Positions 52,481 through 62,624 are shown, numbered from the stretch's first letter. The stretch: DNA of 64,000 nucleotides from Candidatus Omnitrophota bacterium (GCA_041674705.1 JBAYVF010000001.1:65238-129237), one strand, 5' to 3'. The notes: generated from the sequence alone by a model not told the origin. Translations and numbers: made by a program.

Positions 52481-53488
52481 ATGATCTCGTACAAGCAGCT
52501 CGGTTTTTCCAATACGCGCGAAATGTTCCAGAAGGCTTTCAAGGGCGGTTATGCGGTTCCGGCTTACAACTTCAACAACATGGAACAGATCCAGGCGATC
52601 GTTGTGGCGTGCGTGGAAACGCAGTCGCCGGTGATCCTTCAGGTCTCAAGCGGCGCGCGTAAATATGCCAACCAGATCCTCTTGCAGTACATGGGCCAGG
52701 GCGCGGTCGAAATGATGAAAGCCTATGCCAAGGAAAAAGGCCTCAAGCCGGTTCCGATGGCGCTCCATCTCGACCATGGCGATACCTTTGAGCTCGCGAA
52801 ATCCTGCATTGAGTCCGGTTTTTCCTCCGTCATGATCGATGGATCGCACCATCCGTTCGAAAAAAACATCGAACTGACCCGGCAAGTGGTGGAATTCGCG
52901 CACAAGAACGATGTGACGGTTGAAGGGGAGCTCGGCGTGCTGGCGGGGATCGAAGATGAAGTGAGCGCGGAACATTCGACCTACACGGACCCGAAAGACG
53001 TCGTCAAATTCGTCAAAGAGACGAATGTGGATTCGCTGGCGATCTCGATCGGGACTTCGCACGGCGCGAACAAATTCAAGCCGGCCCAGTGTACGCGGAA
53101 TGCTGAAGGGATTTTGATCCCGCCCCCGCTTCGCTTTGATATCCTGAAAGAGATCGAGCAGAAGATCCCGGGTTTTCCGATCGTCCTTCACGGGGCGTCG
53201 TCCGTTCCCGTCGAAGCGGTCAAGATCATCAACGAAAATGGCGGCGCTCTTAAGGATTCCGTCGGGATCCCGGAAGAACAGCTTCGTCAAGCGGCCAAAT
53301 CCGCCGTGTGTAAGGTCAATATTGATTCCGACGGCCGTTTATGGATGACCGCCGCGATCCGGAAGACTTTTAAGGAAAAACCCGCGGAATTTGATCCGCG
53401 CAAGTATTTGGGCCCCGCGCGTGACGCGCTGGTTGCGATGTACAAGCACAAAAATGAGCAGGTGTTAGGCTCTGCAGGAAAAGCTTAA
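52481..53488 (+). CDS. fba: Class II fructose-bisphosphate aldolase
   Basis: AVPAYNFNNMEQ, LHLDHG, MIDGSH, EGELG and SIGTSHG motifs are present. Confidence 0.9.
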   Translation: MISYKQLGFSNTREMFQKAFKGGYAVPAYNFNNMEQIQAIVVACVETQSPVILQVSSGARKYANQILLQYMGQGAVEMMKAYAKEKGLKPVPMALHLDHGDTFELAKSCIESGFSSVMIDGSHHPFEKNIELTRQVVEFAHKNDVTVEGELGVLAGIEDEVSAEHSTYTDPKDVVKFVKETNVDSLAISIGTSHGANKFKPAQCTRNAEGILIPPPLRFDILKEIEQKIPGFPIVLHGASSVPVEAVKIINENGGALKDSVGIPEEQLRQAAKSAVCKVNIDSDGRLWMTAAIRKTFKEKPAEFDPRKYLGPARDALVAMYKHKNEQVLGSAGKA

Positions 53489-53490
53489 AA

Positions 53491-53563
53491 ACAGTACGGT
53501 GTACGGAGTACGGGGTATGGAGTGAAAGCTTTTGCTCCGTACGCCGTACTCCTTACTCGGTAC
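53491..53563. repeat. Word-hairpin element (GTACGG family)
   Basis: acagtacggtgtacggagtacggggtatggag ... ctccgtacgccgtactccttactcggtac. Confidence 0.75.
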
Positions 53564-53584
53564 CCTAAGGGGGAGGAGATTGTT

Positions 53585-53956
53585 ATGAAAAAAATATTGT
53601 TGGCGGTGGTGGTATTGTCGCTTTTGGTCTCGATCCCGGCATTTGCGGAAGAAGCAAAAAAAGAAGAAATGCCAGGGATGTCCATGGATAAGCCCATGGG
53701 GATGCCCATGCAGGGCATGGGGAAAATGTGCTGCGCTATGATGGGGAAAGCACAAATGGTCGCGACCGATGAAGGGGGCGTGATCGTGCTCGCCGGGCCG
53801 AAGCTCATGAAATATGATGCGGACCTGAATCTCGTCAAGGAAGTTGAGGTCAAAATGCCGATGCCGATGGGCGGCAAACAGTGCCCGATGATGGGGAAGA
53901 TGATGGACAAGGGCGCTGCTCCGGCTGCCGCAGAGTCCGAAGAGAAGACCGCTTAA
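53585..53956 (+). CDS. Methionine-rich periplasmic protein (possible Cu(I)/metal binding)
   Basis: Signal peptide MKKILLAVVVLSLLVSIPAFA, then MPGMSMDKPMGMPMQGMGKMCCAMMGK and MPMPMGGKQCPMMGKMM clusters. GGGGGAGGAG lies upstream of the ATG at 53585. Confidence 0.5.
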   Translation: MKKILLAVVVLSLLVSIPAFAEEAKKEEMPGMSMDKPMGMPMQGMGKMCCAMMGKAQMVATDEGGVIVLAGPKLMKYDADLNLVKEVEVKMPMPMGGKQCPMMGKMMDKGAAPAAAESEEKTA

Positions 53957-53978
53957 CAAACCCAAGAAAGGTCTTTTT

Positions 53979-55208
53979 ATGAAAAAAAAGATCAGCCTCC
54001 TTGTTTTGCTGTGCCTTGTCTTTTCCCAGACGCTTTCTTTCGGAGCGATCACGATGCAGGATCTTCGGCTCCCGAAGGATTTCTATCCGTCAAAATCACC
54101 CAATGTTAAGATCGTTTCCGTTCAGGAGAACGCCCAGTATCCCGGTTTTCTGACGTTTACGGTCACCTCGCCCCAAGGGAGCTCGATCATTCACGGGTTG
54201 ACCAATCTCAAAAAATTTCTCCATGAAGTCGACGTGCTCGCGCAGCTCAATGCGAGTGAGGATACGGGGAGCGGGATCGCGGATGGCGCGGTCGATTCGA
54301 TCAAGGACACCGGGACCGGGCTCAAGAATCTGGCGGTCCATCCCGTGGATTCTGTGTCGGGGATCGGGAAGGGGATCGGGAAATTGGGCGGGAAGATCGG
54401 CGGCGCTTTCCGGAAAAAAGAACCGGGGGAAAAAGGAGACGGTTTTTTAAGTTCCACCAAGCGGGATCTTGCCGAAAAACTCGGCGTGGACGTCTACAGC
54501 CGGAATGTCGCGCTTCAAGCCAAACTTGAATCGATGGCTAAGGCGAATATGGGAGGGCGGGGCATTGTCGCGGTCGCGACTTTTCTTGTTCCCGTGGGTT
54601 TGATCGCCGGCGCGGTCATGACCGTAAGCAATATCAATAACGCCGCGGACGAATTGGTCAATGACAGCGATCGTGGGGATCTTTTTAAGATGAATCAAAA
54701 GGCGCTTTTAGGTTTGGGGTTTCCCCAGGACAAAGTCACCCGGTTCCTGAACCACCCCTATTACACGCCGCGTGAAATCACCTATTTCCGTTTCTATCTC
54801 GAAAAGCTCAGGCGTGTTCAGGGTTTTGAAGCGCTTCTGGACGCAGGTCTCGCGGCGATTTCGGAGATCTCGGCAGACAAGATCCTTCACGAAGCGCAGA
54901 TCGCCGCGGATTCCGTCGGGGGCACGCCCCGGGCGATGAAGCTGGTTTTGATCCCCGAAGGGATCATTCTGGCGAATGAGGACAAAGTCGCTCTGGTCAC
55001 GGCCTATGATTTTCTGGACAATTCTGTTCTCGGAAGCCGGATCACCGACAAAGCCATCAGTTTCCGTCAATCCCTAAGTAAAAGATCCGCGGAGATCTGG
55101 AACGGTGGGGCGGTCACGTCAGGATTCGGCGGGGCCATCCTCATGAAGGGTATCAAGGTTCAGCGCATGTGCCTTTTTGAATCGGCCGGTAAGTCCGTCG
55201 AGATTTGA
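53979..55208 (+). CDS. Secreted hypothetical protein
   Basis: 409 aa with a signal peptide (LLVLLCLVFSQTLSFGA). No motif recognised. Confidence 0.4.
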   Translation: MKKKISLLVLLCLVFSQTLSFGAITMQDLRLPKDFYPSKSPNVKIVSVQENAQYPGFLTFTVTSPQGSSIIHGLTNLKKFLHEVDVLAQLNASEDTGSGIADGAVDSIKDTGTGLKNLAVHPVDSVSGIGKGIGKLGGKIGGAFRKKEPGEKGDGFLSSTKRDLAEKLGVDVYSRNVALQAKLESMAKANMGGRGIVAVATFLVPVGLIAGAVMTVSNINNAADELVNDSDRGDLFKMNQKALLGLGFPQDKVTRFLNHPYYTPREITYFRFYLEKLRRVQGFEALLDAGLAAISEISADKILHEAQIAADSVGGTPRAMKLVLIPEGIILANEDKVALVTAYDFLDNSVLGSRITDKAISFRQSLSKRSAEIWNGGAVTSGFGGAILMKGIKVQRMCLFESAGKSVEI

Positions 55209-55233
55209 TCGAAGCTTTAAAGGTTCTTTCTTC

Positions 55234-55299
55234 ATGAAAAAAAAGCCGCTTTGCCTTGTCACCGGAGGTGCCGGTTTTATAGGGGCGAACCAGATTTAA
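55234..55299 (+). pseudogene. 21-codon remnant of an NAD-dependent epimerase/dehydratase
   Basis: MKKKPLCLVTGGAGFIGANQI followed by a stop. This is the Rossmann GxxGxxG N-terminus of SDR-type sugar epimerases/dehydratases, truncated. Confidence 0.5.
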
Positions 55300-55347
55300 G
55301 ACCCGGTCTTAAAACGGTGAAAAAGTTTTATCAATGGAGGCTTTTCC

Positions 55348-55935
55348 ATGAAACATCTGATCGTTTACGCTCATCCGAATACCGCCAGTTTTAATCATGC
55401 CATCAAAGAAACTTTGGTTCGCGTCTTGAGAGAAAAAGGGCAGGACGTCCGCGTGCGCGACCTTTACGCCCTGCATTTTGATCCGGTCTTGAAGGCCGAC
55501 GATTTTCAGACCTTTCTCGCAGGGAAGATCCCCGGCGATATCGCGATCGAGCAGGATCATGTCCGCTGGGCCGATCAGATCACATTTCTCTATCCCGTCT
55601 GGTGGGGACGGATGCCGTCCATTCTCGGGGGATATATCGACCGCGTGCTCAGCAAGGGTTTTGCGTACGACTATACTCCGACCGGACCTGTGGGGCTCAT
55701 CCCCGGGAAAAAGGTCTACATTTTCAGCACGATGGGCGCGCCGCTCGCGTTCGCCGAATCTTCTGGCGGGATCAAGAGCATGGAACAGATCATCGACAAT
55801 GAAACATTCCGTTTTTGTGGCATGGAAGTGGTCGGCCATAAATATTTCGGGTCGGTGCCGACCGTGACGGACGAAGACCGGAAAAAAATGCTCGAAGAAG
55901 TCGCTTCCATTTCGGCCTCTTGGCCGGTTAAGTAG
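55348..55935 (+). CDS. Flavodoxin-like fold NAD(P)H dehydrogenase (quinone)
   Basis: MKHLIVYAHPNTASFNHAI N-terminus and YPVWWGRMPSILGGYIDRV, typical of the NQO1/KefF-like family. Confidence 0.75.
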   Translation: MKHLIVYAHPNTASFNHAIKETLVRVLREKGQDVRVRDLYALHFDPVLKADDFQTFLAGKIPGDIAIEQDHVRWADQITFLYPVWWGRMPSILGGYIDRVLSKGFAYDYTPTGPVGLIPGKKVYIFSTMGAPLAFAESSGGIKSMEQIIDNETFRFCGMEVVGHKYFGSVPTVTDEDRKKMLEEVASISASWPVK

Positions 55936-55944
55936 GCATTTTCC

Positions 55945-57720
55945 ATGGCCCCGTCTTTTGCCGGCTCCTTCAAGATCTCCGGGAAAAAGGTTTTCATCCG
56001 GTTAAAAAACCAGGTCTGTGATTCTTCCGAAGAGTTGCTCCGTAGCGATCTCTGCCATGAGGTTATCCGGCATGCTGTCGCGGCGCTTGAACGGCGCAAA
56101 TCATTCCTCTTAAAAGTTTTCGGCTCCAAGGAAGTTAATGAGGCTAATATCCAGCTTCTAATCCAGACGCTTGAGTTCCTGGAGAAGATGCCGGTCGACC
56201 TCGTCGGCCGCGTCGTCCCGGGGTCCGAGGATTTTCTTCGCGACAAGAACGTCCTCAATGATTTTGTCGAATATCTTTACAATTACTGGCGCAGTTTCGA
56301 CCGTTTCATTATCTGCGATTCCGAGGGCGAAAAATACGACAAGCGGCCCTTTCGCACGTTCAATGACACGATCGAGGATCTGACCGATCTTGTCCGCCGG
56401 ACCTACCGCGAGATCCAGGAGAATATCACCGGCAAGCATCCACGCATCTACCGCCAGGTAGCTGCGGGCGCTGAGATGGCCGCGATCGTTTGTCCCGTCC
56501 GGGTGCCGTACCCCGGCGGCCTTTATGAGAAATTGAACCAAGTCCCGGTGATCCGTCAGGTGCTTTTTTACCCGCCGCTTGTGCTGAACCAGCTCAACAA
56601 TACGCGCGAAGGAAAATTCGAAAAAGTTCAGGAAAATCCTCTCGGTCGTTTTGACCTGAATCGCGATGAATGGCTTTGCTACCCGGTCAAGGCGGGGGAT
56701 CTTCTGATCCCGGTTTATTTTAAAGAAAAATTCTTTGAGATGGGCCTGTCGCTTTGCAACCTTTTTGAGCTTGCCTCCGATGAAGATCTCAAACGTCAAC
56801 CGGACGCGGTTTTTGTTTACGGCGCTCCGGAGAACTCCCTCGAATGGCCGGGCGTTTTCCCGACTGTTTTTTTTGATGATGAAAAGAACAACTTATTGAT
56901 CGGAGCCGTTCCGGAATCCGACCGGTTCGGATATTTCGGGTATCTTAAAAAAATGATCCTGACGCTGCACAACATCAAGCGCATCAAGACCGGCCGCATG
57001 CCGTTCCACGGCGCTTTCATGAAAATCTACCTGAAAGGCAAAAAGCCCGCCACGCTTCTTTTGATCGGGGATACCGGCGCCGGAAAATCGGAAACCCTCG
57101 AAGCGATGCGGGGTTTTGGGGCCGAAGAGATCCAGGATGTGCTGGTGATCGCGGACGATATGGGGTCTTTGGAGCTTAAAGCGGACGGGAGCGTGGTCGG
57201 GTACGGAACGGAGACAGGCGCGTTTCTCCGGCTCGATGACCTGAAGCCAGGTTATGCGCTCGGACAGATCGATCGCGCCATTATCATGAGCCCGGCAAAG
57301 GTGAATGCCAGGATCGCGTTGCCGATCACGACCTACGCGAACATCACCCGGCCCCATGCGGTGGATTTCGTGCTTTACGCGAATAATTATGAAGATATCG
57401 ACGACGATCATCCCACCATCGAATCGTTTAAAACCCCGGAAGAAGCGCTCAAGGTTTTTCGCGAGGGGACGGTGATGAGCAAAGGAACTACGAAAACCAC
57501 CGGACTTGTGCACACCTATTTTTCAAACGTCTTTGGCCCCGTTCAGTACAAAACCGAACATGACGCGCTCGCCAAAAAATTCTTTGAGGCTTTTTTCAAA
57601 AAAGCCCTTTTTGTCGGGCAGATGCGTACGCGCCTCGGCGTGCCAGGCTGGGAGCAAAAAGGGCCGGAAGCCTCCGCGCTTGAGCTTCTGAACCTGATCC
57701 GCTCCGACACCCGGTATTGA
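55945..57720 (+). CDS. Protein with an HPr-kinase/PEPCK-type P-loop domain
   Basis: LLLIGDTGAGKSETLEAMRGFGAEEIQDVLVIADDMG resembles the HprK motif GDSGxGKSE...LVADD. The rest of the 591-aa protein is unassigned. Confidence 0.4.
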   Translation: MAPSFAGSFKISGKKVFIRLKNQVCDSSEELLRSDLCHEVIRHAVAALERRKSFLLKVFGSKEVNEANIQLLIQTLEFLEKMPVDLVGRVVPGSEDFLRDKNVLNDFVEYLYNYWRSFDRFIICDSEGEKYDKRPFRTFNDTIEDLTDLVRRTYREIQENITGKHPRIYRQVAAGAEMAAIVCPVRVPYPGGLYEKLNQVPVIRQVLFYPPLVLNQLNNTREGKFEKVQENPLGRFDLNRDEWLCYPVKAGDLLIPVYFKEKFFEMGLSLCNLFELASDEDLKRQPDAVFVYGAPENSLEWPGVFPTVFFDDEKNNLLIGAVPESDRFGYFGYLKKMILTLHNIKRIKTGRMPFHGAFMKIYLKGKKPATLLLIGDTGAGKSETLEAMRGFGAEEIQDVLVIADDMGSLELKADGSVVGYGTETGAFLRLDDLKPGYALGQIDRAIIMSPAKVNARIALPITTYANITRPHAVDFVLYANNYEDIDDDHPTIESFKTPEEALKVFREGTVMSKGTTKTTGLVHTYFSNVFGPVQYKTEHDALAKKFFEAFFKKALFVGQMRTRLGVPGWEQKGPEASALELLNLIRSDTRY

Positions 57721-57760
57721 TTTCCCGAGGTGTTCGTTCGGCCCCATTTTCTCCTGCGTG

Positions 57761-57769
57761 TGATATAAT
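57761..57769 (+). promoter_or_regulatory. Extended -10 promoter element upstream of the GH57 gene
   Basis: TGaTATAAT, lying 55 nt upstream of the ATG. No clear -35. Confidence 0.35.
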
Positions 57770-57823
57770 CCGTCGATAAATTTTCAGGCCTCTTTTAACC
57801 TCCTCAAGAGGGAATGCTTTCTT

Positions 57824-60316
57824 ATGGCCAAAGAAGTTTGCATCTGCCTTCACGGGCATTTTTATCAGCCTCCGCGCGAAAATCCATGGATCGAAGAGAT
57901 CGAACAACAGGATAGCGCCGCGCCTTTTCACGATTGGAACGAGCGCATTCATTTCGAGTGCTATCATCCCAATTCCCGCGCCCGTGCCCTGGACGCCAAG
58001 GGCAAGATCGTTGAGATCGTGAACAATTTCGAAAGAACCAGCTTCAATTTCGGGCCCACGCTCCTTTCCTGGCTTGAGGCCAAACATCCCGACACCTACC
58101 GGAGCATCCTTCACGCGGACCGGGCGAGTTGCGAGGCCCGGCGCGGTCACGGCAACGCTATCGCCCAGGTTTACAACCACATGATCATGCCGCTCGCCAA
58201 TCTTCGCGACAAGAAGACTCAGGTGCGCTGGGGGATCGAGGATTTCCGTTCCCGGTTTGACCGTATGCCCGAGAGCATCTGGCTTCCTGAGACCGCGTGC
58301 AACGAAGAGACGCTCGAAGTTCTGGTGGCGGAGAAGATCAAATTCATCATTTTGTCGCCGCATCAAGCCCGGGCCGTCCGGCCGCTCGAGGGCGGCGCGT
58401 GGCAGGAAGTGACGGGGGGGCGCATCGATCCCAAGGAACCGTACCGCTATTTTTTGAAGAACAACCCTTCTCTTTTCATCGATATCTTTTTTTATGACGG
58501 ACCGATCTCCAAGGCTGTCGGGTTCGACAATCTTCTTTTCGATGCGAAACTTTTTATGCATCGCCTCAAGAGCGCGGTCGTGGACCATGAGCGCTCTCAA
58601 CTGATCCATATTGCCACCGACGGAGAAACGTACGGCCATCACAAAGCCTATGGGGACCGCGTGCTCGCCTATCTGACCTATATGGAAATTCCGCGACACG
58701 GATACCGGATGGTCAATTACGGGGAATATCTCGAGGAGAATCCGCCGCGCCAGGAGGTGCGGTTGATCGAAGGAGAGAATAACGAAGGGACTTCCTGGAG
58801 TTGCGGGCACGGGGTCGCGCGGTGGAAAGACCACTGCGGCTGCCGGGGCGATGGGCCTGCCAGCTGGACCCAGCATTGGCGCAAGCCCCTCCGCTGGGCG
58901 CTTGACTGGTTGCGGGATGAGTTGTCGCAGGTCTATGAAAAGGAAGGCGGCAAATACCTGAAGGATGTTTGGGCCGCCCGCGACGATTATATTCATGTGG
59001 TCCTTCAGCGAACCCCCGAAGTCCTTCATGAGTTCTTTGACCGTCAGGCCGTGCGGGAGCTTTCCAAAGAAGAGATCACGACGAGCCTCAAGCTTCTGGA
59101 AATGCAGCGCAATCTCATGCTGATGTATACCAGTTGCGGTTGGTTCTTCTCCGAGATCTCAGGCCTCGAAACCATCCAGATCCTGCAATATGCGTCCCGG
59201 GCGATCCATCTTGCGCGGGAGGTGAGCGGTATCAATTTTGAGCGTGATTTTCTCGAGCATCTTGCTCTTGCAAAAAGCAATATTGAATCCGTGAAGGACG
59301 GCCAGGGAGTTTATGAGAAATTTGTAAGGCCGGCGCTTGCCACGCTTCACCATGTGGTGAGCTATTACGCCATCGGTTCCATTTTCGAGAATTTTTATGC
59401 GCCGGATCCCAAAACGGACATCGTCAAGATCTTCAATTTCGATCTTCATGTCCAGCACCAGCGAAAAGAATTTTTCGGCACGGTCACCATGAATTTTGGC
59501 CGCGTGCGTATCGTTTCACAGACCACGTTGGAAGAGAAGGACCTGGTTTTCGTAGTGATCCAGATCGGTTTTTATGATTTCCGGTGCTCTGTAAAACCCT
59601 TCGTGAATGAGGAGGAGTTCGACAAGCTTGAAAAGGAGCTTTTTGAGGCCCTTTACCAGCTTCCGATCCTCGATCTCTCCAAAAAGATCGACGCGCATTT
59701 TGGCGAGACCTATTATGCCCTCAAAGACCTCCGGCTCGGGGACCGCGCGAAGATCATCAGCATCTTGACGCATGAGACGATCGCAAAGGTCAGTAATTTT
59801 TACGAGCATATCTACGAAGAGAACCTGCGTATGAACGAGATCTATCGCTCGATCAACGTGCCGATCCCGGTGGAGTTCCGCTACGCGGCCGAACACACCC
59901 TGAGCAAGCGTATGCTGGAAGCGGTGAAGGATTGGGGGGAACGGGGTTTCCCGGCCAAGCGAACGCTTTCCATTTACCGGATCATGGATTCTGCGAAGTC
60001 GTTGGATGTCCACATCCGCAAAGAACCGATCGCGCAATATTTAAGCGAGGAGCTCTGCAAGGGTCTCAGGGAGTTTATCGCGGGGCTCGACCCCGAGATT
60101 CTGCAAAGGCTTCTTTCTATCGTTCGTCTCGCCAAAAAGATCGAAGTCTTTCTGGATCGTCGCGAGGCCCAGGACGATCTTTTTGCTTTGTTCCGATCCT
60201 GGAAGGGAAGCCCCCAGGCCATTCCCAATGTCATCCGGGAAGAGGAAGCCCATCTCCATCAGCTTATGGACGAGCTCGATCTCTCCGCCGATAAGCTCAA
60301 AAAGATCCTCTCTTAA
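57824..60316 (+). CDS. Glycoside hydrolase family 57 protein with long C-terminal (DUF3536-like) extension
   Basis: N-terminus CICLHGHFYQPPRENPW and the WLPETAC and TDGETYGHH regions are typical of GH57. Confidence 0.8.
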   Translation: MAKEVCICLHGHFYQPPRENPWIEEIEQQDSAAPFHDWNERIHFECYHPNSRARALDAKGKIVEIVNNFERTSFNFGPTLLSWLEAKHPDTYRSILHADRASCEARRGHGNAIAQVYNHMIMPLANLRDKKTQVRWGIEDFRSRFDRMPESIWLPETACNEETLEVLVAEKIKFIILSPHQARAVRPLEGGAWQEVTGGRIDPKEPYRYFLKNNPSLFIDIFFYDGPISKAVGFDNLLFDAKLFMHRLKSAVVDHERSQLIHIATDGETYGHHKAYGDRVLAYLTYMEIPRHGYRMVNYGEYLEENPPRQEVRLIEGENNEGTSWSCGHGVARWKDHCGCRGDGPASWTQHWRKPLRWALDWLRDELSQVYEKEGGKYLKDVWAARDDYIHVVLQRTPEVLHEFFDRQAVRELSKEEITTSLKLLEMQRNLMLMYTSCGWFFSEISGLETIQILQYASRAIHLAREVSGINFERDFLEHLALAKSNIESVKDGQGVYEKFVRPALATLHHVVSYYAIGSIFENFYAPDPKTDIVKIFNFDLHVQHQRKEFFGTVTMNFGRVRIVSQTTLEEKDLVFVVIQIGFYDFRCSVKPFVNEEEFDKLEKELFEALYQLPILDLSKKIDAHFGETYYALKDLRLGDRAKIISILTHETIAKVSNFYEHIYEENLRMNEIYRSINVPIPVEFRYAAEHTLSKRMLEAVKDWGERGFPAKRTLSIYRIMDSAKSLDVHIRKEPIAQYLSEELCKGLREFIAGLDPEILQRLLSIVRLAKKIEVFLDRREAQDDLFALFRSWKGSPQAIPNVIREEEAHLHQLMDELDLSADKLKKILS

Positions 60317-60418
60317 AACAGTACTTGGTACATCGCATTTAGTACATAGCCAGCCGTTATGCTTTTCCAAGCACCAGGCACGATGTACCATATACTAAGT
60401 ACTATGTACTGCTTTTTT
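60317..60418 (+). terminator. Word hairpin (GTAC/AGTAC family) with T-run, likely terminator of the GH57 gene
   Basis: aacagtacttggtacatcgcatttagtacatag ... gatgtaccatatactaagtactatgtactg followed by cttttttg. Confidence 0.55.
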
Positions 60419-60533
60419 GCTTGCCTCATGGGCTTTCTCTGAATAAGATAACCAATCTTTGTTTCTACAGAATAGGTCCTATAATCCCTGCCGGGGTTTG
60501 ATCTTATAGCCAAACATCAATCGAAAGGAATCA

Positions 60534-62621
60534 ATGTCCATGAGTACTGCGAATGCTGAAAAAAGGGCTTTAATGAGCACGCTTCCGGGGGACGATGTCC
60601 GCCAGATCATGTGGCGTTTTTCCGATCGCTATGATCTTCAGATGGTGATCCAGTCCACCCGTGCGGTCGCGCGCAGCGTGGTCGCTCGTATGGTGGCCGA
60701 CAAACAGCGCCATACGCATGAATGGACCAAGGAAAAGCAGGAAATGCTCAAATCTTTTGACGAAGCGGGCATTACCGCGGCTTTTATGGAGCCGGAACAG
60801 GGCGGCTACATTGCCGGTCCGAAGAATTTGGTGCTGGCCATGATCGCGTTCGAACTTTGCTGGGTGGATGCCGGCGCCGCGACGGCAAGTCTTGCCAATA
60901 ATCTTGCGCTCGAGCCGATCCATGAAAAAGGCACTCCCGAACAGAAAATGAAATATATGGGCGGTTGCGTGCCCCCGAAACCGGGAGAGAACCGGAAGAT
61001 CATCCGCGGTTCTTTCGCGCTCACCGAACCCCTTCCTTATGTCGGCGTGGACGCCGGGATGCTTTCCGGGAAGATCCGTATCGCGGAATGGAAGGAAGGC
61101 CAGGAGCCGATGATCCAGGTCGAAAAACGCGGCCGTTTTATCACGAACATGGGCTACGCGAATTTCGTGACCGCCTCGGTCGATACCGATGACCCGCGTA
61201 TCAAATCCAGCTGCATGATCATTCTTGAAGAAGGCGATGAAGGCCTTTATGACCGCGGTGCCCCGACCCTGAAGCTGGTGCACCAGCTTTCCAGCACGCA
61301 CGATCCGATCTTTAATCTGAAGGTCCCGGCCAGCCGCATCATCGGCGGGTACACGATCAAGGATGGCGTGATCATTCCGAATTTCAATAACAGCGAAGTG
61401 ATCGAAGCGGTATTCCGTCGCACGCGCGTGACGGTCGGGATCATGACCACCGCGAAGCTCCTTTCCGCGATCGAGCCGGTGATCCGCTATCAACGCACGC
61501 GTTTCCGCGGCGGAGGCTCGGTGACTGCCGGAACGCCTCGCTACGATCTTGGTATCCAGCAAAAAGAGGATCCTTGTCATCGATTGGTTGATGTCTGGGC
61601 GACCGGTGAAGCGGGTGCCGCGCTCGGGTTCGAAGGGTCCCGTATTTTTGATGTCTTCGATGTGTTGGAGCACAAGAAAAACGAGCTTTTCAACGCGCAG
61701 GGGATCAAAGGCGCCCGCGCTCAGATGAAGGCTTTCATGGAACCGCGCAAAAAGGCGCTAGAGTATATTGAGCTTATGGCTCAGCCTGAAGCGAAGCGTG
61801 ACGCAAAACGCGTGGCGGAACTTGAAGGGGATCTGCTCGTTCAGTATCTCGTGAAGGAATCACTCGCCGATGTGTATTGCCCGGCCGGAAAACTCTGGAA
61901 CACGGGCTACGGCGCGACGATGATGCGCGAAGCCGTGAGTTTGATGGGCGGCTACGGGATCACGGAAGATTGCCCGGGATTCCTCACGCAGAAATGGTCG
62001 GATGCCCAGCTCGAAGCGACGTATGAAGGGCCCGAATGTGTGCAGCGTCTCCAGATGAGCCGTACGATGGAAAATGATCTTTTCCTCGCTCAGTTTAAGA
62101 ACTGGATCAAGGACCTGCGCGGGATCGCGAAGCGCAAACCAGAAATGGGCGCTGAAGTCCTCGCCAACGCGATGGACCTTTGGCTCTGGTCGCTTGTTTT
62201 TCTGCAAGCGAACAAGGATGCGAATGGGAAGACGCTCTATGGCGGCCAGCGCCAGGGCGTGATGTTTCCGATGGCGGATGCGCTTGCGTGGATCCTCGGC
62301 GCTCGCCAGCTCATTATGGATACGCTTGAGCTTGAGACCAAGGGGCCGGAAAATCCGACGCTCGCCGAAGGTTTACCGGGCGTTCTGAATTTCTATACGG
62401 ACCTCTCGGGCGTTCAGGCGGCTCGTACTGCCGGGGAAGTCGGTAAAATTTGCGCCGAGTTGGTTTATGGATATCAGTCGGCGGCGACGGCTCTCAAGCC
62501 ATTCGCGGAATTGCGCGCGAAGACGGACGCGAGCCTCGTCGGTATTCGTTTTTCCAAGGATCGCGCCGCGGAAGCCGTGGCTCAGGTCATGATCCCGGAA
62601 GCGCTCGATTATCCACTCTAA
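60534..62621 (+). CDS. Large acyl-CoA dehydrogenase family protein
   Basis: 695 aa. The overall ACAD-like layout includes FALTEP and a C-terminal helical domain. Followed by ETF-QO. Confidence 0.55.
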   Translation: MSMSTANAEKRALMSTLPGDDVRQIMWRFSDRYDLQMVIQSTRAVARSVVARMVADKQRHTHEWTKEKQEMLKSFDEAGITAAFMEPEQGGYIAGPKNLVLAMIAFELCWVDAGAATASLANNLALEPIHEKGTPEQKMKYMGGCVPPKPGENRKIIRGSFALTEPLPYVGVDAGMLSGKIRIAEWKEGQEPMIQVEKRGRFITNMGYANFVTASVDTDDPRIKSSCMIILEEGDEGLYDRGAPTLKLVHQLSSTHDPIFNLKVPASRIIGGYTIKDGVIIPNFNNSEVIEAVFRRTRVTVGIMTTAKLLSAIEPVIRYQRTRFRGGGSVTAGTPRYDLGIQQKEDPCHRLVDVWATGEAGAALGFEGSRIFDVFDVLEHKKNELFNAQGIKGARAQMKAFMEPRKKALEYIELMAQPEAKRDAKRVAELEGDLLVQYLVKESLADVYCPAGKLWNTGYGATMMREAVSLMGGYGITEDCPGFLTQKWSDAQLEATYEGPECVQRLQMSRTMENDLFLAQFKNWIKDLRGIAKRKPEMGAEVLANAMDLWLWSLVFLQANKDANGKTLYGGQRQGVMFPMADALAWILGARQLIMDTLELETKGPENPTLAEGLPGVLNFYTDLSGVQAARTAGEVGKICAELVYGYQSAATALKPFAELRAKTDASLVGIRFSKDRAAEAVAQVMIPEALDYPL

Positions 62622-62624
62622 AAC

